Shown piece by piece: positions 58,803 through 64,000 of a stretch of 64,000 nucleotides of DNA (position 1 is the stretch's first letter; each line of letters starts with the position of its first letter). Source of the stretch: Candidatus Bilamarchaeaceae archaeon (lineage in GTDB: Archaea; Micrarchaeota; Micrarchaeia; Anstonellales; Bilamarchaeaceae); assembly GCA_038851325.1 (NCBI GenBank), contig JAWCKZ010000001.1, positions 32,001 through 96,000 of the forward strand. The letters are read 5' to 3'. The notes below the pieces were generated by a model. It had not been told where the DNA came from. It saw only the letters and a list, made by a program, of their open reading frames with translations, and made no database searches. The translations under genes were made by a program, and so were the position numbers.

Positions 58803-60283
58803 AATGATACCTTTTCGTGTACGATGTTTTCTTCTATCTTGTCAATGAGCTCTTTTATATTCACCCGTTCCTGTTTTCCATCATTTCTATATCTTATTGT
58901 GACGGTGTCGTCCTTTAAAGTATCATAGTCAACCGTTATAGCGTACGGAACGCCTATTTCATCAGCCCTCGCATACCGTCTACCGATACTTCCGCTCTCG
59001 CTGTACAGAATAGACAACTCTTTTCTGAGTAATCGCGCAACATCTCTTGCTTTCTCATCAAGTCCATCGCGTTTCATTAATGGATAAACTGCTGCATCGT
59101 AAGGTGCTATTGCTGGGCGGAAGTCGAACCATTCCCAATCCTTGTCTAAGCTTGCCTCCCTGAGAGCATGTTCCAATACGCAAAAGAACAGTCTGTCTAC
59201 TCCGAGGGAAGCCTCAAAAACATGCGGGATTATCTTTCTCCCTCCCAGAGACACTGCAAAATTTTCTCCGCTGAACTTTGCATGCTGTGAGAGATCAAAA
59301 TCAGTGCGATAGGCGTTCCCTATAGTTTCTATTATACCAAAAGAAGTCTCTACCTCCATGTCTATATTTCTTCTTGAATAGTGCGGGGTTTCCTCTTCGC
59401 CAAGGACCCGGAAGTACATCCTAAGTTCGTCTACCCCGACAGCTTTGTAGAACTTCCACTCCTTTACAAGAAAATAAGCAAAAATCTCGTTTGGCACTAT
59501 TCCCTCGGCCACGCACTCATCGGCAGTCTTTATCTCCGTCTTTCCATTGATCATAAACCTCATCTTATAATCGGCGACATCTACAAATCGAGGTATCTCC
59601 TGATTCTCAGGATCAAAGAAATACTCTAACTCCATCTGCGTAAATTCTCGCATTCTGATCAATCCTTTACGGGGCGATATCTCGTTGCGGAAACTACGAC
59701 CGATCTGACCAATCGCCATCGGAAGTGCAGTTCCATGGTTTCTGAAAAGTCTTGGGAAGGCTGTAAAAATACCCTGAGCAGTTTCTGGGCGCACATAAGC
59801 TGGTGCTCTCTCAGCCCCTATACCGGTAGCAAACATAAGGTTAAACATGCGCGCGTGCGAGAATTCAGAACTGCATCTTGGGCATTTCAGTCCATTCTCC
59901 TCAAGGGCCTTATTTAGACTTTCTATCTTTCCATCCCATTTAAAATCGCTTATCGTATCTGCTATAAAGGAGTCGGCACGAACCTTTGTGCCGCACTTTT
60001 TGCACTCAAATATGGGGTCTGCAAAGTTATCAACATGCCCGGATGCTTTTAGGATAATCTCTGGAGTGATGAGTGCAGACTCTACTTCAAGAAATCCTTC
60101 TTCCTGTATAAACATCTTGCGCCAGAGCGCCTCTATCTTGCGCTTTATGGGTGTACCAACCGGCCCGTAGTCATAGAGCCCGCCGGTTGCACCGTATGGC
60201 TCGTTTGAGGGATAGAAAAAAGATCTTTTGAGTGCCAAATCAAAAATCTTCTCATACAGCTTCATAAAATCACTAATAGCCAT
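58799..60283 (-). CDS. glyS: Glycine--tRNA ligase (archaeal/eukaryal type)
   Basis: YDYGP, ASGH, RPETAQG, FRNEISPR, REFTQME, SIGRRYARADEIG; start uncertain. Confidence 0.95.
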   Translation of the reverse strand: MAISDFMKLYEKIFDLALKRSFFYPSNEPYGATGGLYDYGPVGTPIKRKIEALWRKMFIQEEGFLEVESALITPEIILKASGHVDNFADPIFECKKCGTKVRADSFIADTISDFKWDGKIESLNKALEENGLKCPRCSSEFSHARMFNLMFATGIGAERAPAYVRPETAQGIFTAFPRLFRNHGTALPMAIGQIGRSFRNEISPRKGLIRMREFTQMELEYFFDPENQEIPRFVDVADYKMRFMINGKTEIKTADECVAEGIVPNEIFAYFLVKEWKFYKAVGVDELRMYFRVLGEEETPHYSRRNIDMEVETSFGIIETIGNAYRTDFDLSQHAKFSGENFAVSLGGRKIIPHVFEASLGVDRLFFCVLEHALREASLDKDWEWFDFRPAIAPYDAAVYPLMKRDGLDEKARDVARLLRKELSILYSESGSIGRRYARADEIGVPYAITVDYDTLKDDTVTIRYRNDGKQERVNIKELIDKIEENIVHEKVSL

Positions 60284-60303
60284 TTCTGATGTTTGCAAAG
60301 AAC

Positions 60304-61020
60304 TTAATCAACCTTGTTTATCTTTATACGCGCCTTCATGGTCGGAAAACTCAGATCAAAATAATCACACTCTCCAGGCTCGCGCATAACAATGCTGGCG
60401 TTCTTTCCAGGACTTATCACACCCGTATCAAACAGCGGCAGGCATGTCGCCGAGCGCGGGTACCCGCCCTCATTTACCCAGGTTACTGTATCTCCAACAT
60501 TCACGGTTGCAGTTGCAGGCTCGTATGAGAAGTCTTTTATTTTAATCACATGCTCCACGGGAGTATACTCTGTTATTACCTTTCTAACATAAAATCGCAC
60601 AGACCTGCTTATCTTCGGGGTGTAAGAGCTGCCATCGTTGTGAACAAGCTCTATTCTTAGAACATGTTCCCCTTCCCCGACATTTTCGAGCGTGAATACC
60701 TTTTTGTATTCAGAGAAGCGCTCGCTCTCGTCCAGCGTAACCAAAAAATGTCCTTCCCCTATTTTTTTAGCGCCTCCCTCTCTAATAACAAGGTTCTTCG
60801 TACTCAGTACAACCTCAACAGCGCTCACACCCTCTGAAGTCAGAAAAACCTCGTCATCATCTGGTGCGACGATAGTAAATGATGGAAGTTCTACAACTGG
60901 TTGCGGTTTAGTTATGTTTTCAGTAACATTCGTTGTCTCTTGAGCCTCGCCACCGATGCACCCGGCCATAAGCAGGAAGACTGCGAATAAAGACAGAGTA
61001 AGCATAGCGTCTTCTTTCAT
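60304..61020 (-). CDS. Lipoprotein with Ig-like domain and ligand-less cupredoxin domain
   Basis: MAGC lipobox; GEGH...GEHxLxxELVHND domain; IKDFSYEP...GDTVTWVN...FDTG cupredoxin pattern. Confidence 0.72.
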   Translation of the reverse strand: MKEDAMLTLSLFAVFLLMAGCIGGEAQETTNVTENITKPQPVVELPSFTIVAPDDDEVFLTSEGVSAVEVVLSTKNLVIREGGAKKIGEGHFLVTLDESERFSEYKKVFTLENVGEGEHVLRIELVHNDGSSYTPKISRSVRFYVRKVITEYTPVEHVIKIKDFSYEPATATVNVGDTVTWVNEGGYPRSATCLPLFDTGVISPGKNASIVMREPGECDYFDLSFPTMKARIKINKVD

Positions 61021-61095
61021 AAAATCGACCAACTATTCTAATACGCCAGAAGGTTTATATTCTCTTTTATTCTATAGCCAGACGGGGGTGTGAAT

Positions 61096-61839
61096 ATGAA
61101 AATCGTTGCAGCAGACGCATCATCTTTAAAGGCAGCTATAGACGCCATCGTTAATCTTGTAGAGGAGGGGGAATTTGAGGTTCTTAAAGATGGGCTTTAT
61201 CTGAAGGCTATGGATCCGTCACAAATTTCGATGGTTTCATTTAAAATGCCAAGAACAGCATTTGAAGAGTACGCTATAACAGAGGATAGCAGAATAGGTG
61301 TGGACATCATCCAACTCTCAAATGTACTTTCAAGGGGAAGGCGCGGGGAGAAAGCCGAGTTGGGTGTGGACGAAGGCAAACTTGTAATAAAGTTTTATGC
61401 GGCAAAAAGAAAAAGGACATTCAAAGTTCCACTACGCGAAATCGGAGAAAGAATTCAGAAAGAACCTAGGATAGATTTTAGAAATTATGTTGTTGTGAGG
61501 GCAGAAGCAATGAAGGAAGCACTTAAGGATGCAAAGCTCGTGAGCTCCCATGTGCGGTTGGCTTTAAGTCCATCCGAGTTTTCTATTGAGGTGAGAGGCG
61601 ATAGCGGGGATGTAAACGAGCAGTTCGAAGTTGGAGGGGAAGAGGTGGTAGAAATAAAAACGACTCAAGGTGCAAAAGCAACCTTCCCGCTCCAGTACCT
61701 TGAAGACATGATGAAGGCGTCAAGCAGCGCTACACCAGTAAAAGTCTCTTTAGAAACTGACAAACCACTCAAGCTTGAATACGGTATCGAGGGTGCGGAG
61801 GTTACTTACTATCTAGCCCCGAGAATAGAGACAGAATAA
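61096..61839 (+). CDS. pcn: DNA polymerase sliding clamp PCNA
   Basis: AMDPSQISMV, PLKLEY, YYLAPR. Confidence 0.95.
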   Translation: MKIVAADASSLKAAIDAIVNLVEEGEFEVLKDGLYLKAMDPSQISMVSFKMPRTAFEEYAITEDSRIGVDIIQLSNVLSRGRRGEKAELGVDEGKLVIKFYAAKRKRTFKVPLREIGERIQKEPRIDFRNYVVVRAEAMKEALKDAKLVSSHVRLALSPSEFSIEVRGDSGDVNEQFEVGGEEVVEIKTTQGAKATFPLQYLEDMMKASSSATPVKVSLETDKPLKLEYGIEGAEVTYYLAPRIETE

Positions 61840-61913
61840 GAAGGCAGAACTGCTTTAAGAACGGATTTAAATATTTCTGGACAAAAAATTATAAGAAAGC
61901 GGGGTGGGTGTAG

Positions 61914-62795
61914 GTGAAAAAAATCGACTGCTTAGAAAAACATATAGACGAAAGCGCAAAAAGGCTTGAAGAGCTCGATGGCGCAAAGCAGGACGAATAC
62001 GAGCTGCCATATTTTTCAAAAGATGTTCCCCTGTCATCCCAGAAAAGACGTTCCGGACACTTAATGACAGTCACATATAACTGGCAAAATCTTTACGAAA
62101 CGACCATGAAGATAAAGGAGATAACATACGAAGAAAACGCCGGACTCGCAGAGCTTTACAAGATCCCTTTGCATGATGGTGTAGACCGAGGCGCATTTAA
62201 TTTCAGAGGGAATGTATATACGATATATAAGGTCAGTGAGTACGCAGCCAAGAAAATATACGAAAATGCAAAGATGGTCACAGAAATTGTAGAGAAGATA
62301 GTTGGATACTTCAAAACAATGCTTGGAAACTTTTATATAATCGGAAAGATTGAGCAGGAGGCGTGGGTGTTTGATGAAGAACGCAAAGCAGAAGGTATAA
62401 ACATCTTGAATGTTTCATCATTAAGAGAGGATTGCAAAAGAACACTTTTCGAGCGAACCTTGGAAAAGATCGCTGACCTTCACCTCAACGACTTCATTCT
62501 TGGAAACTTTTCAATTAATAGTGTGATGCTACACGATAAGAAATTGCTCTTCTCTGATTTGAGAATGCTTAAGAAAACAAGGAAATTGTCATTTTTAGTA
62601 CGGGAATTCCAAAAGGTTATCTCTGTACTCTGCACGAATGGTATTGTGGCTGAACAGGAGCAGATTGCATATGCTGTCAGGTACTATGTAGGCGAAAACC
62701 CAATCGCATCAAAAGAGTGGTTTAAGGAAGAAACAAAAAGAGAGCCAAAGGATGACGAGGAGATAGCAGAGCTCCTTGAGCGCAAGTTCTGTTAG
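61914..62795 (+). CDS. Hypothetical protein with degenerate protein-kinase-like C-lobe
   Basis: IADLHLNDFILGNFSINSVML...LLFSDL resembles LHxxGIxHGDLxxxNI...LIDF. Confidence 0.55.
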   Translation: MKKIDCLEKHIDESAKRLEELDGAKQDEYELPYFSKDVPLSSQKRRSGHLMTVTYNWQNLYETTMKIKEITYEENAGLAELYKIPLHDGVDRGAFNFRGNVYTIYKVSEYAAKKIYENAKMVTEIVEKIVGYFKTMLGNFYIIGKIEQEAWVFDEERKAEGINILNVSSLREDCKRTLFERTLEKIADLHLNDFILGNFSINSVMLHDKKLLFSDLRMLKKTRKLSFLVREFQKVISVLCTNGIVAEQEQIAYAVRYYVGENPIASKEWFKEETKREPKDDEEIAELLERKFC

Positions 62796-62811
62796 AATTG
62801 TAAGAAGAGAA

Positions 62812-64000
62812 TTAGATTGTTTCTACTTTTGTCGGACCACCATGCTCCTTATCTCTTGAAAAGCGATACGTTGTTGAAAAATCTGCGCCTATAAGGGATT
62901 CTTCATGGGTTATCACAAACGTTTGTTTTACTACTTGCGGGACCTTTACCTGAAGAGTCTCTGAAAGAAGAGCAATAGCCTGAGCATCAAGATTGTGCGT
63001 TGGTTCATCAAGTATGAGCCAACTAAGATTCGGCGTCAGTATCATTGCTAGTGCGACACGAAGGGTGAGCGCAGCGCACGCGCGCTCTCCGCCGCTCGCA
63101 ACTATTTCAAGCGGTTTCCAAACCTCGTTCTCTAAAACTTCGAGTACGTAGTCCTTCTCACTTACCTCAATGCGAATTGATTTGTAGTTGTTATACGGAT
63201 AAAAAATACGCCATATATCATTCATCGCAGTGTTGATAGCGTCTATAAGTCCTTTTCTTAATGTTGTTTGAGTCTCGAGAAGAGCATTTTTGTAAATTTT
63301 CAATTCCTCTATCAACTCACGAATTGAGGTTGCTTTCTTGTAAACTGCTCTCATCTCATCTAGCTCGCGCTTGTAAATCTCCTTCCCCTCTTCCATCATT
63401 TTCTTTTCTTTTTCGAGATATTCAATCTTTTGCGCAAGCCTCTCGCACTCTAGTCTTCCACTTTCAAGCCTTCGCCTTACTTCTTCGTACTCTTTTTCAT
63501 CAAACTTTATTTTTTCTTGTTCGCTTTCTAGAACAGCAAGCCTTTTTTTCACTGCTGCGGCTGTCTCCTCCCGTCTCAACATCTCTTCTTCGCCTTTCAA
63601 CCGCATAAGCAGGTTTTCAATCTTCTGCCTTATTTCTGCTATCTCGCTCTCTCTCTTTTTGGTTGTCTCCGAAATTGTAGTTAGTTGCACATGCGCATGC
63701 TCTTTCTGTTTTATTAGCTCACTTACATCTACCAACCCTTGAGTGAGCACTGCGATTCTCTCGTTGATGAACTCGATTTTTTTTACCCTCTCTCTAGTAA
63801 CCCTGATGCTCCTCTCTGTCTCTTCGATTTCTTTTGCAAGAAGTGCTACTCTTTTTTCGGAGCTTCTTATCTCCCCCTCCTTTTTTCTCAGTATTCTTGT
63901 AATGCCCTCTGGTCCAAGTTCTGATTCGCACAACGGACAACTTGTCATACCAGAAGATAGGTGTTTCAAAAGTTCTCTTAACTCCTTTACTTTTTCCATT
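62812..64000 (-). CDS. rad50: Rad50 ATPase (5'-truncated by window edge)
   Basis: CPLC zinc hook, coiled coil, ASGGE signature, LILDEPTHNLD, ITH. Confidence 0.93.
   Translation of the reverse strand, partial: MEKVKELRELLKHLSSGMTSCPLCESELGPEGITRILRKKEGEIRSSEKRVALLAKEIEETERSIRVTRERVKKIEFINERIAVLTQGLVDVSELIKQKEHAHVQLTTISETTKKRESEIAEIRQKIENLLMRLKGEEEMLRREETAAAVKKRLAVLESEQEKIKFDEKEYEEVRRRLESGRLECERLAQKIEYLEKEKKMMEEGKEIYKRELDEMRAVYKKATSIRELIEELKIYKNALLETQTTLRKGLIDAINTAMNDIWRIFYPYNNYKSIRIEVSEKDYVLEVLENEVWKPLEIVASGGERACAALTLRVALAMILTPNLSWLILDEPTHNLDAQAIALLSETLQVKVPQVVKQTFVITHEESLIGADFSTTYRFSRDKEHGGPTKVETI

Overview
Gene-dense archaeal chromosome segment, most consistent with a DPANN/Micrarchaeota-type genome (inference from archaeal information genes, compact layout, bacterial-type gyrase and multi-intron tRNAs). 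It is mostly housekeeping: S11, RpoD, 2-oxoacid:ferredoxin oxidoreductase, thiolase, Thr/His/Trp/Gly-tRNA ligases, GyrBA, FtsZ, RadA, thermosome, PolD small subunit, TopA, PGK, PCNA, Rad50, ether-lipid and polyamine enzymes. No integrase, transposase or CRISPR array was seen. The unusual content is largely non-coding or below the ORF cutoff: a very compact 206-nt RNase P RNA; a ~120-bp hairpin repeat (5 copies, with compensatory base changes) found only flush against the 5' ends of two tRNA-Arg genes and, antisense, against the RNase P RNA 3' end; tRNAs with bulge-helix-bulge (BHB) introns at four non-canonical sites; an orphan tRNA-like 5' half; a leader peptide that duplicates the start of L41e and carries a switchable helix; a stand-alone RNR-like Cys-rich micro-protein; hyper-acidic micro-peptides; a palindromic operator before radA; and several apparent pseudoenzymes. 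All calls are by eye, without database searches.
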